Assembly (NCBI GenBank): GCA_020631815.1
Contig: JACKGW010000001.1
Coordinates: 209,683 to 273,682, forward strand
DNA length: 64,000 bases
Source: Planctomycetota bacterium
Lineage (GTDB): Bacteria; Planctomycetota; PLA2; JAEUHO01
Direction of reading: 5' to 3'
Made by a program: the position numbers and the translations under genes. Positions 9,924 through 20,120 of the stretch are shown piece by piece. Numbering within the stretch: position 1 is the stretch's first letter; every line of letters begins with the position of its first letter. The notes beneath the pieces are model-generated. The model had not been told where the DNA came from and ran no database searches. It saw only the letters and a program-made list of their open reading frames with translations.

Positions 9924-12458
9924 ATGCGAACCACCACCCGCACGCGCTACTTGGCAGCCCTCGGGCTCGGCTTGGTACTGCTCGTCGCGGCGCCCGCCCG
10001 CGCGGACGATGCGCCCGCCGATATCGTCGCGCTCCTCGAGCGCGCACGCGCGGCAGAGCGCGTCGAGAAGGATCTGGCCAAGGCGCAGGCGCTCTACGAG
10101 CAGGTCTTCGCCAAGGCAGCGTCTACCGAGGCGGGTCGGGAGGCCGGCATTCGCCTCCTAGACCTTGACGCGGACCGCACCCACGAGGCATGGCTCACGT
10201 TGATCGGCACGCTCAGCGAAGCCCACGGGGCCACGCTCGACAAGGCCACCGTCGACAAGATCGTCGAGCTGGCCCAGACGCACTTGCAGCCTGGCGAGAT
10301 GGTGAAGACGCCGCGGGGGGTGTTCGTGCGCGCGCGCGAAGGTGAGCTGACCGAGGGGGAACCCTCTCCCGCATTGCGTGCCCTCCAGGCTGGCCTGAAG
10401 CAACTGGGCCCCATCAACTGGGCCTACGGACCGGGGATCCCCGACGGGATCGAAACCGATGTCGACCGACTTGTCGCGTCCCTGGGAGATAGCGCGCGAG
10501 CTACCGTCGAGCAGTACCTCTCGATGCGACGGGCGCCCTACGTTGACGGGCTTCTTGCCCTGCTTCGAATCGACGCCTCCGCCGGTTGGCGCGAGGTTGG
10601 CGTTTCCCTGAGGGAGCTCCCGGCTGTGGCGCGCGCCCAGCTCGCTGGAATCCTGAAGTACATGCACGCGTGGGGGCCGGTCGATCCACCCGTGCTTCTG
10701 GAGGCACTCGGACCGGTCTTGAAGTCGGACAATGCGGAGTCCGTGCATGAGCGTGTGTTGGCATTCCTCTTGGATCGAGCGGATAGCCCGGCCGACTCCA
10801 GGTACGCAGAACTGGCGCGCACCGAGAGGCTCCAAGCGTTGTGGTGGGCCGCCGTGGTTTCGTGGATTGGCCGCGACGCCGAGCGACTTCGCCGAGTCGT
10901 TGCCCTCGAGAGGTATCTCCCCTCCGACGGAGCTGCGCTGGTCCAGCTGCTGCTAACTCTGATGGGACTGGACGGTAGCTACAGTCCTGGCAGGAGCAGC
11001 TTGGATGCCTCCGCATCAGAGGGCTGGCGTGATGCCATCGCCGAGTTCAGCATGTTCGCCCTGGACCTTCCTGCCATGCGCGGGATTCTCTCTGGCCTCC
11101 CCTGGGTCAAGAGCCATGCCGCGCTCCATGGTCACGATGGAAGATCCCAGCGCTGCATCCAGGGGCTCATAGAGCGGACCCAAGCGGCTTCGACGCAGGC
11201 ACTCCGGAGGCGTGCAGCGCTTTGGTCTGGGCGCCGACTGGTCGCTGCTCCCGGCGCCGAGCGCCACAAGTGGCTGCTGTGCTGGTCGGCGAGCGTAGAG
11301 ATCGACTTTGCGGACGCGGGGGCGGAGGAGGGCTACGTCCCGCGGCTCCTGGATCTGCTCTCGGACCTGGATGCCGCTTCCGTGTCCAGTCGCGGCGGTG
11401 TTGCCAGGGCCGCGCTCAAGCTCCCGAGAGTGTGGGACGGCCTCCTTGACCGGCTCTCGAGCACCGAGGGGGAGGAATCTCCGCTGGCTTGGGTCCTCGC
11501 CATGGATGGGTTGCCTGAGTCGCCACCCAGTGCTGCGAGTGCGGTCCTTCGTTGGGTCGAGCTGTTCCTCGCCGACGCGAAGGTCGTGCCGCGGCCCTCG
11601 CGCGCAATCTGGCAGGCTGCGTCGGATCTCGACGCTGCGCGCTATGACCGCGCGGTTCTCGAGGCGCTGACGACGCGCGGTTGGGTCGTTCCCACGGAGG
11701 CTATGCTCCCGCTCGGGGATGCAGACGTGGCCCGCGTGCAAGCCTGGCTAGATGCGATGGAGGCGCCATCGGTTTCGAGGCCACCCCCCTCTCACCTCGC
11801 CCGCAATGTTCTCGCGATCATCCTCCAGAAGCTTGGCCCCGAGCCTGTACTGCAACGAGCGGAGGATTCTCGGTCTCCGTTCAGCACAGAAGCGCTGGCC
11901 GTAGTTGCGACGAGCCGCGATCTGGCCGTGCAGGAGCGGCTTGTCCGTCTGGCCACAGCGGAGGCCGCCCAGCAGCCTTCGCCCGCCCTGCAGCCAGAGC
12001 GTACGCTGCAGTGGCTCGTGTTCGCTGATCGGTACCCCGCGCGCGGTCTCGTTCCACTCCTGGTCACCATTTACGAGACTCTTGGCTCAGAGGGCGTGAC
12101 GAGCCGCGCGCGTGCTGCGTCCATCCTGGACCAGATCCGGGACCGCGAAGATCGGATGCGCTACTTCCACGCCATGCTCGACGGACCCGATGACCCAGAG
12201 GGCGAGATCCTACCGCTTCTCGAGGACACGGACGCCGCCGTCCGCCAGGGTGCGATCCAAGCCTTGGGCGCCGTGGGGGGGCCACGGGCGTTGGTGCAGC
12301 TGTTGAAGCTGGCCAAGCGCGAGGGGGCACCGGCAGGCGAGCGTGCGGCGGCACTTGATGCCGTTGCCAAGATCTCTGCGCGAGCGCCCGCCGGTGCGAC
12401 GTCGACGCAGGCACGTTCCCCCGCGGCGGCCGAGGCGGGGAGCGGTGGCGGCAAGTAG
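9924..12458 (+). CDS. Secreted HEAT/PBS-lyase repeat protein (hypothetical)
   Basis: ATG 9924 preceded by AAGGAGA. Signal peptide MRTTTRTRYLAALGLGLVLLVAAPARA. C-terminal HEAT-like repeats (EDTDAAVRQGAIQALGAVGGPRALVQLLKLAK). Consistent GC3. Confidence 0.6.
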   Translation: MRTTTRTRYLAALGLGLVLLVAAPARADDAPADIVALLERARAAERVEKDLAKAQALYEQVFAKAASTEAGREAGIRLLDLDADRTHEAWLTLIGTLSEAHGATLDKATVDKIVELAQTHLQPGEMVKTPRGVFVRAREGELTEGEPSPALRALQAGLKQLGPINWAYGPGIPDGIETDVDRLVASLGDSARATVEQYLSMRRAPYVDGLLALLRIDASAGWREVGVSLRELPAVARAQLAGILKYMHAWGPVDPPVLLEALGPVLKSDNAESVHERVLAFLLDRADSPADSRYAELARTERLQALWWAAVVSWIGRDAERLRRVVALERYLPSDGAALVQLLLTLMGLDGSYSPGRSSLDASASEGWRDAIAEFSMFALDLPAMRGILSGLPWVKSHAALHGHDGRSQRCIQGLIERTQAASTQALRRRAALWSGRRLVAAPGAERHKWLLCWSASVEIDFADAGAEEGYVPRLLDLLSDLDAASVSSRGGVARAALKLPRVWDGLLDRLSSTEGEESPLAWVLAMDGLPESPPSAASAVLRWVELFLADAKVVPRPSRAIWQAASDLDAARYDRAVLEALTTRGWVVPTEAMLPLGDADVARVQAWLDAMEAPSVSRPPPSHLARNVLAIILQKLGPEPVLQRAEDSRSPFSTEALAVVATSRDLAVQERLVRLATAEAAQQPSPALQPERTLQWLVFADRYPARGLVPLLVTIYETLGSEGVTSRARAASILDQIRDREDRMRYFHAMLDGPDDPEGEILPLLEDTDAAVRQGAIQALGAVGGPRALVQLLKLAKREGAPAGERAAALDAVAKISARAPAGATSTQARSPAAAEAGSGGGK

Positions 12459-12592
12459 GCGGCCCGGGTCCTCTACGGTCACGTAGCTCCATGCGGCCTG
12501 GCTACTCGTCTGGCCCACAGCCCGCTCCGGCCCCGGTCCTCTCGCGAGGGTGCTCTTCCCGACGGCTGCCAGCCGCGAGGCGTCGCCCAGGC

Positions 12593-13246
12593 CTACCCGC
12601 CGTTCCTTGGATCGACGCGCACCTCCGACTCTCCCGTGAGAACGTCGATCCGCACCGCGCCTCGAGCGACGTTGAACGAAGAGCCCTCGCGCCCGAACTG
12701 GCTGTGGATGTGGCCATGGATGTGGACGCACGGTCGCCGTTCGGCGATCAGGGCGGCGAGGCTGGGACTACCGGCGCGGTATCCCGAGGAGGTCTGGTCG
12801 AGGACGCCGTACGCCGGGGAGTGGGTGACGAGGACCGTGCGTTGGTCGACCTGGTTGGCGAGCTGCCGAAGGTCCATGGCGATCTCCTCTTCTCCCCTTT
12901 CGTGGATGCCGCCCATGAAGGGCAGTGAGTACTGGTAGCCGACGAAGCCCCAGCCGCCGAGCTCGATGCGACGTCCGTGCAAGTCGTGAAACTGATCCCC
13001 TGGCGGGTGCCAGACCACCATGTCGTCGTTGCCCATGACGAAGAGGACAGGGCAAGCGAGTCCCTGCAGGGTCTTGGTCAGGATCTCGCCGCACTCGCGC
13101 TGACCATCGCGCACACTCACGTCGCCGCGTCGGCGCTCGAGCAGATCCCCCGCCAGCACGACGACGTCCGCGCCAGCAGCGTGCTCCACGATGGCGTCGA
13201 AGAGGTCCTGGCGCCCATGGAGGTCTGACATGGCCAGCAAGATCAT
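12593..13246 (-). CDS. Small metallophosphoesterase (calcineurin-like, YfcE-type)
   Basis: 217 aa from ATG at 13246 (GGAGG 10 nt upstream). MPP motifs: MSDLHG (D-x-H), VVVLAGDLL (GD), FVMGNDD (GNH[DE]-like), LVTHSPAYG, HIHGHIH (GH-x-H). The longer ORF 12593..13981 is rejected upstream of this start. Confidence 0.75.
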   Translation of the reverse strand: MILLAMSDLHGRQDLFDAIVEHAAGADVVVLAGDLLERRRGDVSVRDGQRECGEILTKTLQGLACPVLFVMGNDDMVVWHPPGDQFHDLHGRRIELGGWGFVGYQYSLPFMGGIHERGEEEIAMDLRQLANQVDQRTVLVTHSPAYGVLDQTSSGYRAGSPSLAALIAERRPCVHIHGHIHSQFGREGSSFNVARGAVRIDVLTGESEVRVDPRNGG

Positions 13247-13284
13247 CGCCGTGCGGCCTCCTTGTGGCCGGGTTCGACGCTCCG

Positions 13285-14697
13285 CTAGCGCACCGACCCG
13301 TACGGCGTCGTGTTCTCGATCCACACGCCGAGGCGGTGCACCTCGTCTCCACGAGGACTGTGAACGACCCGCTTGCCGACTGGATGGAAGGCACGCGAGG
13401 CGGGTAGGTCGACCGTCGCGCGCTGCAGTCGCAGCTCGGGAAGCTCGATGGTCACGGCGACAGGCTGACGTGATCCCAGGGTCGTCGCAAAACTCGGAAC
13501 GGGTTGCACGAGCTCGGCGAAGACGATCTCCAGGCCGAGCTTGCCGTCGACTGACTCGAGGGACATCGAAGTCCCGTCTTGAAGGGTGCCGATGATGGGG
13601 TCGTACATCTCTTCGGGGGGCACCCCGGCGCCCTCGGCGCTCGGCCGCACCAGCATGGACCAGTCCGCGATCTCGTAGTCCTGCACGTACGCGTGCTGCC
13701 GGACGTGCTGACTCATGACGCCGGCCACCGGGGCGGACGTGAGCGTCAAGACCTGCAGGAGGCGGCTGCCAGGAGGGCGCGTGGGCGTGCCCGCAGCCGT
13801 CGCGGAAGCGGCCCCGGGCGGCACGTCGAGCAGCTCGACGCGAAGACGACGTGCTTCCGATGGGGCGGAGACGGCCGCATCGAGCAGGGCGTCCAAGCCC
13901 AGCACCGTCGGCCCGATGGGCAGGTCCCGCGGCGTTTCCCGCGCGCGCTCGTTCGCCGTCGACGGGGACTGCGGGGTCCATGCCACGCTGTCGACGTCGC
14001 GACCTGGCGCGACCCGCACGTGGATGGCGAGATCCGCTCTTCCGCTCGGATGCGACATCCTGCCCAAGACCACATCGGCGTCGGGCTCGACCGTGCGCAC
14101 ACCAACACTCGACATCACGGCGCGCGTCGGAAGCTGGACCTCCACGGACGGTCCTCGCCGGCTACAGCGAAGCCGAGCGGAGCGTAGGGCCCCCAGACGG
14201 CCCGACGTCGTGGCGCGCCACGCCAGCCACGTGGTTGCCTCGCCGTCTCGTGACGGCGCCGCGCAGAGCTCGATCGCAAGCCCTTCTTGCAGCACGTCGA
14301 CAATCGGGTCTGCGATGTAGACGCCGCCCGTCTGCGTGGCTACGCCCTCCGACCGCGTGACGACACCTCCCGACTTCGTGACGTCGACATCGGCGACGTA
14401 GGGCGTGGAGGCCACGGCGTCCAAGGTGCCGACGTGGCCGGGTTCGAGGCAGAGGCTCCCCTCTGCCACCTCCTTGCCCTGGGGCTCCTGGACGATGCGA
14501 ATGTCGACGCGGTAATGGGGGCCCGACGGCGCTGAAGCGGATGAGGCCACGAGCGCCGGGAGAGGGGCGACGGAGATCGCCGTGCTCGGCAGGACCTTGT
14601 CCGTAGCGTCCTCGTTCGATCGAGGACAACACGGTCGCCGCCCCGCACAGCCAGTCAGGGCCAGGAAGGCCAGTATGCCGATTCCCACCGCTCGCAT
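13285..14697 (-). CDS. Hypothetical lipoprotein
   Basis: ATG at 14697 preceded by GGAGG. Signal peptide + lipobox MRAVGIGILAFLALTGCAG. Good GC3. No recognisable catalytic motif. Ends 39 nt before the MPP gene on the same strand. Confidence 0.55.
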   Translation of the reverse strand: MRAVGIGILAFLALTGCAGRRPCCPRSNEDATDKVLPSTAISVAPLPALVASSASAPSGPHYRVDIRIVQEPQGKEVAEGSLCLEPGHVGTLDAVASTPYVADVDVTKSGGVVTRSEGVATQTGGVYIADPIVDVLQEGLAIELCAAPSRDGEATTWLAWRATTSGRLGALRSARLRCSRRGPSVEVQLPTRAVMSSVGVRTVEPDADVVLGRMSHPSGRADLAIHVRVAPGRDVDSVAWTPQSPSTANERARETPRDLPIGPTVLGLDALLDAAVSAPSEARRLRVELLDVPPGAASATAAGTPTRPPGSRLLQVLTLTSAPVAGVMSQHVRQHAYVQDYEIADWSMLVRPSAEGAGVPPEEMYDPIIGTLQDGTSMSLESVDGKLGLEIVFAELVQPVPSFATTLGSRQPVAVTIELPELRLQRATVDLPASRAFHPVGKRVVHSPRGDEVHRLGVWIENTTPYGSVR

Positions 14698-14775
14698 GAC
14701 GCCTCCACCACGACCACCCTCGGAAGGAGACGTCATGCCGGAGTCACACCAAGCGCCTCGTGAGCTGCGCGTTCC

Positions 14776-16452
14776 CTACGGTAGGGGCTCGAGCACCAAC
14801 GCGTCGAACCAGAGCGAGTAGCGGCCATCGTGCGCGCGGCGCTCCAGCAGCCGCAGGTGGAACACGTGCTCTCCGGCGGCAAGAGACACCTCGCCGAGTG
14901 CGGAGAGGGCCGCCCCCGCGTTGCCGTCGATCCCCCGGATCGTGGCTCGCGGCTCCGCCACCATCGCAGCGTCCCCGTCATCGAACCGCCACGAGAAGGG
15001 CGACACCATGCCGTCTGCACCGAGATGCTCCAGGCCGGGCCCGAGGAGGTGCACGCGGTAGCGGCCGGCTTCGAGAGCACGAACCAAGACCGACGCCTGA
15101 TGTCCTCCCTCATCGGGCTCCTGGTCACTCCAGATCTCCACATTGAGCCCCTCGGACTGCGCATCGCGCTGCGCGAGGTACCACTGCGCGCTTCGACCTC
15201 CGCGCTCGGCTTCGATGACGATGGGTGTGGTTGCCCCGCCCCCGTAGCTCGCAAGCGCGTCCCGAACGGCCGCGGGCGTGCAGGCGGACACCCACGTCGC
15301 ACCGTCGATGGCATGCCGACGCGCCTTGTCGACGCGGTCACCCATCCACACATTCCCCGGAGCGAAGTCGGGGCAGAGGATGGTGGCGTCGTCGCACGTG
15401 AGCGATTGCTCCGGCACGAAGTCCTCCACGTAGCGCGCTCCCTCCGTGATGCGCAGGGCGCGCAAATCGAGCTCGGCCACGCGGTTGGCCAAGCCGTGTT
15501 GGCGGGCGCCGATCGAGAGGTTGCCCGTTCCTGGCAGCAGGTGCGTGCGCGGCAGCGACCGCGCCGCCACCAGGCACCCGTCGCGGAACAGCCGTAGGAC
15601 GGAGCCGTCGCTGGTGGCGGCGACGTGCTCCCAGTCATCGCGAATCGCGAGGGGTGGGCTTTCGACCGAGAACCACGCGTCCGGTGCTACGGCCATCGTC
15701 AGCTCGAGAGACGCTCGACCGTCGCCTCGCGCATTGCGACGAAGGGCAAACCCGAGCTTGGTCGCGGTGGGGAGCACATCGGGGGCCATCTCGGGCCACG
15801 CTTCGTCGCTGAGCAGATACTGCGCACTGGTTGGGTGCGGCCAGCGCACCCAGGCCTCGACCGTGGTCGGCGAGTCCCATTGGACCAGCCCGGCCGACCC
15901 GTCCAGCACGACGCGGTTGCGTCCGTGAAAGCGCAGGGGCGCAGCGTCTTCGGCCCAGGCCTGCCACGCGAGGAAGCGGTCCACGGCTGGCGCGAACCGG
16001 TAGGCGTGAACACGGTCGATCCACCAGGAGAGATCCCAGCTCTCCGGCGCATCGGCCGGCGCGATACGGCGAGCGCGCGCGGCCGCGCGGGGCCCGCGAG
16101 CCAGGAGCCCCGAGATGGAGGACGCCAACCCCGACCGCTCGACGCGGTCTTCCTCGCACTGGAGGACCTCCAGGTGCCGCGAGGCCCGCTCCGCCACGTC
16201 GTCGGCCCCACTCGCCAAGTGAAGGAGCGCGCGGCGCGCGGGCTCGCCCAGCATCCGAAGCCTGTCGAGCGCCTCGCGGGACCCGTCCGCGACCAACGCC
16301 CGCACGGTGTCGGTTGGCAGGTCCACGCTCGGACCGTGGGTCAGGACCCACTCCACCGCGCGCGTCTCGTCAGGCTGGGGGGAAGCGCCGACCTGGGAGC
16401 CCAGCACGCACAGGAGACCGAGGGAGCGACCGATCCGACCGTGCACGCGCAT
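14776..16452 (-). CDS. Secreted protein with LamG/concanavalin-A-like lectin domain (hypothetical)
   Basis: 558 aa. Signal peptide MRVHGRIGRSLGLLCVLGSQVGA. Central region resembles a LamG jelly-roll (..LRLFRDGCLVAARSL..GTGNLSIGARQHG..). First gene of a three-gene minus-strand cluster. Confidence 0.55.
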   Translation of the reverse strand: MRVHGRIGRSLGLLCVLGSQVGASPQPDETRAVEWVLTHGPSVDLPTDTVRALVADGSREALDRLRMLGEPARRALLHLASGADDVAERASRHLEVLQCEEDRVERSGLASSISGLLARGPRAAARARRIAPADAPESWDLSWWIDRVHAYRFAPAVDRFLAWQAWAEDAAPLRFHGRNRVVLDGSAGLVQWDSPTTVEAWVRWPHPTSAQYLLSDEAWPEMAPDVLPTATKLGFALRRNARGDGRASLELTMAVAPDAWFSVESPPLAIRDDWEHVAATSDGSVLRLFRDGCLVAARSLPRTHLLPGTGNLSIGARQHGLANRVAELDLRALRITEGARYVEDFVPEQSLTCDDATILCPDFAPGNVWMGDRVDKARRHAIDGATWVSACTPAAVRDALASYGGGATTPIVIEAERGGRSAQWYLAQRDAQSEGLNVEIWSDQEPDEGGHQASVLVRALEAGRYRVHLLGPGLEHLGADGMVSPFSWRFDDGDAAMVAEPRATIRGIDGNAGAALSALGEVSLAAGEHVFHLRLLERRAHDGRYSLWFDALVLEPLP

Positions 16453-16596
16453 CTCGAGCCTCCCGTGTCCGAGTCTCCGACCGGGAGAACGGACCGCCCA
16501 TTCTCGCGTTCACTCCGCGGGTCAGGGCGCGGGGCCCGAGCTTGTCCGAGGACACTCGGGCAGCAGTCGCCGCACCCCTCGCTCCGGCATGGCCCA

Positions 16597-16713
16597 GCTC
16601 GAGTCCGGATCCTCTGAGGTCAGGAGGCCGCCTCCGCCCCGGATTCTCGTCGTGCCTGTGGCTCGCTTCGGCCCCGGTGCCCTCGCGACGGAGTGTTTCC
16701 AGACAGACCCCAG
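16597..16713. repeat. Element E copy 1 (~115 nt), in the divergent intergenic region upstream of the SLC13 transporter
   Basis: Aligned against 38475-38590. A 55-nt core (ttctcgtcgtgcctgtggctcgcttcggccccggtgccctcgcgacggagtgtt) differs at one position. Confidence 0.8.
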
Positions 16714-16752
16714 GGGCCCTCGCATCTAAAGTCCGCGTCCGGGAGGCCGCGG

Positions 16753-18564
16753 ATGGACGGGCACGGCTGGGTGGCGATCGCGGTCCTCGTGGTCGCCACC
16801 GTGCTGTTCATCAAGAAGTGGCTGCCGGTGGGCGTCACGGCGCTGTCGATCCCCGTGGTGCTCCACGTGACGGGGGTGCTCCCGAAGGCCAGTGACGCGC
16901 TGCGTGGCTTCAGCAGCCCGGCCGCGGTGGCCATCGGGGCGGTGTTCGTGCTCGGCACGGGCCTGCGTGAGAGCGGCGTGGCCACGCTGCTGGCCCGCGG
17001 CATCCAGGCCTTGGGCGGGCGCAGCGAGGCGCGGCTCTGCCTCTTCGTGATGATCGCCACGGCGGCGCTGTCGGCGTTCATGAGCAACGCCGCCGTGGTG
17101 GCCATGCTGCTGCCCACCGTTCTCGTGCTGTCGCGGCGCTCGGGCGTGGCGGCCTCGCGGCTGCTCATGCCGCTGGCCTTCGCTGCCGTGCTGGGCGGCA
17201 CGATCACGATGGCCGGTACCGCCGGCAACATCCTGGTGGCCGACTACATCACGGGGCCCGAGGTGCCTGCGGGCATTCCGCCGCTCCAGCTGTTCGACTT
17301 CACGCCCATCGGTCTGGCCATCACGGCGGCGGGCATCGCCTTCGTGGTGCTGGTCGGGCGATGTCTGCTGCCGCGCAACCTCGCCGACGACCGGCGTCGC
17401 AAGCGCATGCCCGAGGACGTTGCGAAGAGCTTCAAGCTGTCCGAGTCGCTGCTGATGTTCGGCGTGCGCGAGGCCTCGCAGGCGGCGGGCCGCACGCTGG
17501 GCCAGCTCGACCTGCCAGGTCAGTACGGGATGAACCCGTTGATGGTGCGCCGTCCGGCACCCATGGGCGACAAGTGGATCCCGCCGGACGCGGGTGTGGT
17601 CCTGCAGCCCGGCGACCGGCTGTACGCGCAAGGGGCCGAATCGTCGGCATGGCTGCTGGCCGAGAGCGAGATGCTCCAGTTCGGCCTCGCTGGCCCGCGC
17701 GCGGTCGAGCGCATCCTCGGACGGGGCACGACGTTGGCCGAGGTCGCACTCCCGCCGCGCAGCCTCTATCTCGGCAAGACGCTCGAAGAGGAAGACTTCA
17801 CCGCGCGCTATGGCCTGCAGGTCTTGGCACTCTGGCGAGCCAACGGGGAGGAGATCGAGGAGCCCCTCGGCCACAGGCTGGACGTGGGTGACAACTTCCT
17901 CGTGTCGGGTACGGCCCGCGCCGTCCATCGCCTCGAGACGCAGGCCGACTTCACGGTGCTGACCGACCAGAGCCAGGTCGAGGACGTCACGCGCGCCCCG
18001 CTGGCCATCGGCATCCTCGTGGCGTGCTTGGTGCCGGTCGTGGCATTCAACATGCCGTTGGCCCTGGCAGCCCTCGGCGGTGCATTGCTGATGGTCGTGA
18101 CGGGATGTGTGACCAAGCCCGCCCTGCGACGGGCCGTCGACTGGAACGTGCTCGCCTTGATCGTGGGCACGCTGCCGCTGGGCTTGGCGCTCGAGATGCA
18201 TGGGATTGCCGACGTTGCCGCGAGTGCGGTTGTCGACGTGGGTACGTCCGCGTCATCCGTGGGCGTGATCGCGATCCTGTTCGCGCTGGCGGCGGTGCTC
18301 GCCACGCTCACCAGCAACGCGGCAGCTGCCCTGATCGTGGCGCCCGTGGCAGCCCGCGCCGCGGCCGTTGCCGGGCTGCACCCGACCACCGCCCTGCTGG
18401 CCGTGGCCTATGGGACGTCCTGCGCGTTCGTCCTGCCCTTTGCCCAGTGGAACCTGATGGTGGCGGTGCCCGGCGGCTACGGGAACCGCGACTACCTGAA
18501 GATGGGCAGCCTCGTCACGCTGGTCTACGCGATCGTGGCCATCGCCCTGCTCTCCCTGCGCTGA
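16753..18564 (+). CDS. SLC13/DASS-family anion transporter with two internal TrkA-C (RCK_C) domains
   Basis: ATG 16753 after GGGAGG. About 12 TM segments. Cytoplasmic TrkA-C-like inserts (LGQLDLPGQYGMNPLMVRR..; LAEVALPPRSLYLGKTLEEEDFTARYGLQVLALWR). Typical CitT/SLC13 C-terminal hairpins (SNAA motifs, two copies). Confidence 0.85.
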   Translation: MDGHGWVAIAVLVVATVLFIKKWLPVGVTALSIPVVLHVTGVLPKASDALRGFSSPAAVAIGAVFVLGTGLRESGVATLLARGIQALGGRSEARLCLFVMIATAALSAFMSNAAVVAMLLPTVLVLSRRSGVAASRLLMPLAFAAVLGGTITMAGTAGNILVADYITGPEVPAGIPPLQLFDFTPIGLAITAAGIAFVVLVGRCLLPRNLADDRRRKRMPEDVAKSFKLSESLLMFGVREASQAAGRTLGQLDLPGQYGMNPLMVRRPAPMGDKWIPPDAGVVLQPGDRLYAQGAESSAWLLAESEMLQFGLAGPRAVERILGRGTTLAEVALPPRSLYLGKTLEEEDFTARYGLQVLALWRANGEEIEEPLGHRLDVGDNFLVSGTARAVHRLETQADFTVLTDQSQVEDVTRAPLAIGILVACLVPVVAFNMPLALAALGGALLMVVTGCVTKPALRRAVDWNVLALIVGTLPLGLALEMHGIADVAASAVVDVGTSASSVGVIAILFALAAVLATLTSNAAAALIVAPVAARAAAVAGLHPTTALLAVAYGTSCAFVLPFAQWNLMVAVPGGYGNRDYLKMGSLVTLVYAIVAIALLSLR

Positions 18565-18686
18565 GGGGCCTCCCCGCGCCGCAGGCTCCGGTCCGCGGAC
18601 GGGGCAGGAGACCCGAGCGCCCGATCGCCGGGGGGCGACGCCCCGCGCACCGGGTACCTTGACTCGCCCGCTTTGGAGGACTCCCC

Positions 18687-19979
18687 ATGCGCGCCCTGCT
18701 CCTGATCGCCCTGGGTCTGGCCCTGGTCGCCCCCGCCGCCCTCGCCGAGGACCCGCCGACGTTCAGCGTCGAGACGCTTGCGCCGCAGGCGGACGACCTC
18801 CAGGACGGCTGGACGATGGGTTCCGGTGACGCCGCCGCGGACCAGCCGAGCGCCGACGCGATCATGGAGATCGCCAAGGCCGTGGGCCTGAGCGACCTCG
18901 AGGTCTATCCCGAGGCACGTCGCCTCACCGCCCCCGAAGGTCCCACGGTGGACGTCGCCTACATCGACGTCGACACGGACCCGGGCACGTTCCGCAAGGC
19001 GCTCGACGAAGCCGCCGCCGCCAAGGGTTGGGTCGTCCGCGAGGCGAGCACGCCCTACCGCCTGCTCGTCGTCGGCGGAACGGGCGCAGGGCAGGAAGCG
19101 GCCATCCGCAACCAGCTCGAGCATCTCGTCCGACGCTTCGTCGGCATGGCCGAGACGCGCCTCATGGCGCGCACCCGCCACGAGGACGAGCGTCTCGCTT
19201 CGGAGGCGGCTGCGCGCGACTTCCTCGAGCGCGGCAAGTCCCTCGGCGTGGACGCTTCGGCGCTCGACACGCTCGAGGCGTTCCTCCACTGGCGCGCGTG
19301 GGGTGCTGCCGACGGCAAGATCAAGACGGCCGAGGCCAAGCTCAAGAAGACGCCCGACGACGCCGAGTCGAAGAAGACGATCGAAGAGAACAAGCCCATC
19401 CGCGACAAGGAGAAGGACGCGTACATCGCGCTGGCCAAGAAGGCGTTCGCTCCGGATCGTCGCGTTCCCCCGACGGGTTGGCTGCCGGTCTCGGTTGCGG
19501 GTCGTTCGGGCGGCATGCTGCTCGAGAAGAAGGACAAGGCCCTGTTGCCCGAGGCCGTGCACCTGCTCGAGGTGGCGGTCGACGCCGAGACGCGCTCTCC
19601 CAACCCGACCCTGGCCTACGAGAACCGCTACAACCTGGCCTGCGCCTACGCCCTGCAGACGCGGATCGACGACGCGTTCGACATGCTCGAGAAGGCACTC
19701 GAGGCCGGCTCCACGCAGCCGCCCTTCCAGTTCGGCCCCTCGTTCCTGCACATGCGCGACAAGGACCCCGACATGGGCGTCCTGCGCAAGGACCCGCGCT
19801 GGGACCCGCTGATCGAGAAGTACTACTCGGACAAGATCAAGAAGTGGGAAGAGGCCCAGAAGAAGAAGGGCAACAACCCCCACGGCACCAACCCGCACGG
19901 TGACGACCCGAATGCGGGTGGCGATGACGACAAGGGTGGCGACGAGGACGGGGGTTCCGAGGACGAAGGCGGCGAGTAG
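18687..19979 (+). CDS. Secreted hypothetical protein with TPR-like C-terminal region and acidic/Gly-rich tail
   Basis: Signal peptide MRALLLIALGLALVAPAALA. C-terminal NLACAYALQTRIDDAFDMLEKALEAG (TPR-like). Acidic GDDDKGGDEDGGSEDEGGE tail. GGAGGA SD. Confidence 0.6.
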   Translation: MRALLLIALGLALVAPAALAEDPPTFSVETLAPQADDLQDGWTMGSGDAAADQPSADAIMEIAKAVGLSDLEVYPEARRLTAPEGPTVDVAYIDVDTDPGTFRKALDEAAAAKGWVVREASTPYRLLVVGGTGAGQEAAIRNQLEHLVRRFVGMAETRLMARTRHEDERLASEAAARDFLERGKSLGVDASALDTLEAFLHWRAWGAADGKIKTAEAKLKKTPDDAESKKTIEENKPIRDKEKDAYIALAKKAFAPDRRVPPTGWLPVSVAGRSGGMLLEKKDKALLPEAVHLLEVAVDAETRSPNPTLAYENRYNLACAYALQTRIDDAFDMLEKALEAGSTQPPFQFGPSFLHMRDKDPDMGVLRKDPRWDPLIEKYYSDKIKKWEEAQKKKGNNPHGTNPHGDDPNAGGDDDKGGDEDGGSEDEGGE

Positions 19980-19987
19980 CGCGCGGA

Positions 19988-20120
19988 GGTGTCTGAACCC
20001 GTGCCACGGCGCATGGCGCCAGTGGAACGGGGTCTGACACCGAAGTGCGCCTTCCGCTTGGGTTCAGACCCCGTGCCCGCGGCGTCGCCAAGGCGACGCC
20101 GCATCACGGGATCAGACCCC
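19988..20120. repeat. Two tandem GTCTGA/TCAGAC-box elements in the convergent intergenic space
   Basis: 19988-20041 ggtgtctgaaccc-[hairpin]-ggggtctgacacc. 20059-20120 gggttcagacccc-[gcggcgtcgcc aa ggcgacgccgc perfect 11-bp hairpin]-gggatcagacccc. Confidence 0.75.

Noticed and set aside
12593-13981. 462-aa version of the metallophosphoesterase ORF
   Set aside because: The portion upstream of ATG 13246 overlaps the lipoprotein gene in another frame and is Arg-rich. The MPP motifs begin right after 13246.
16693-16752. 20-codon N-terminal extension of the SLC13 transporter ORF
   Set aside because: It overlaps repeat element E. ATG 16753 has a GGGAGG SD and starts directly into the first TM helix.
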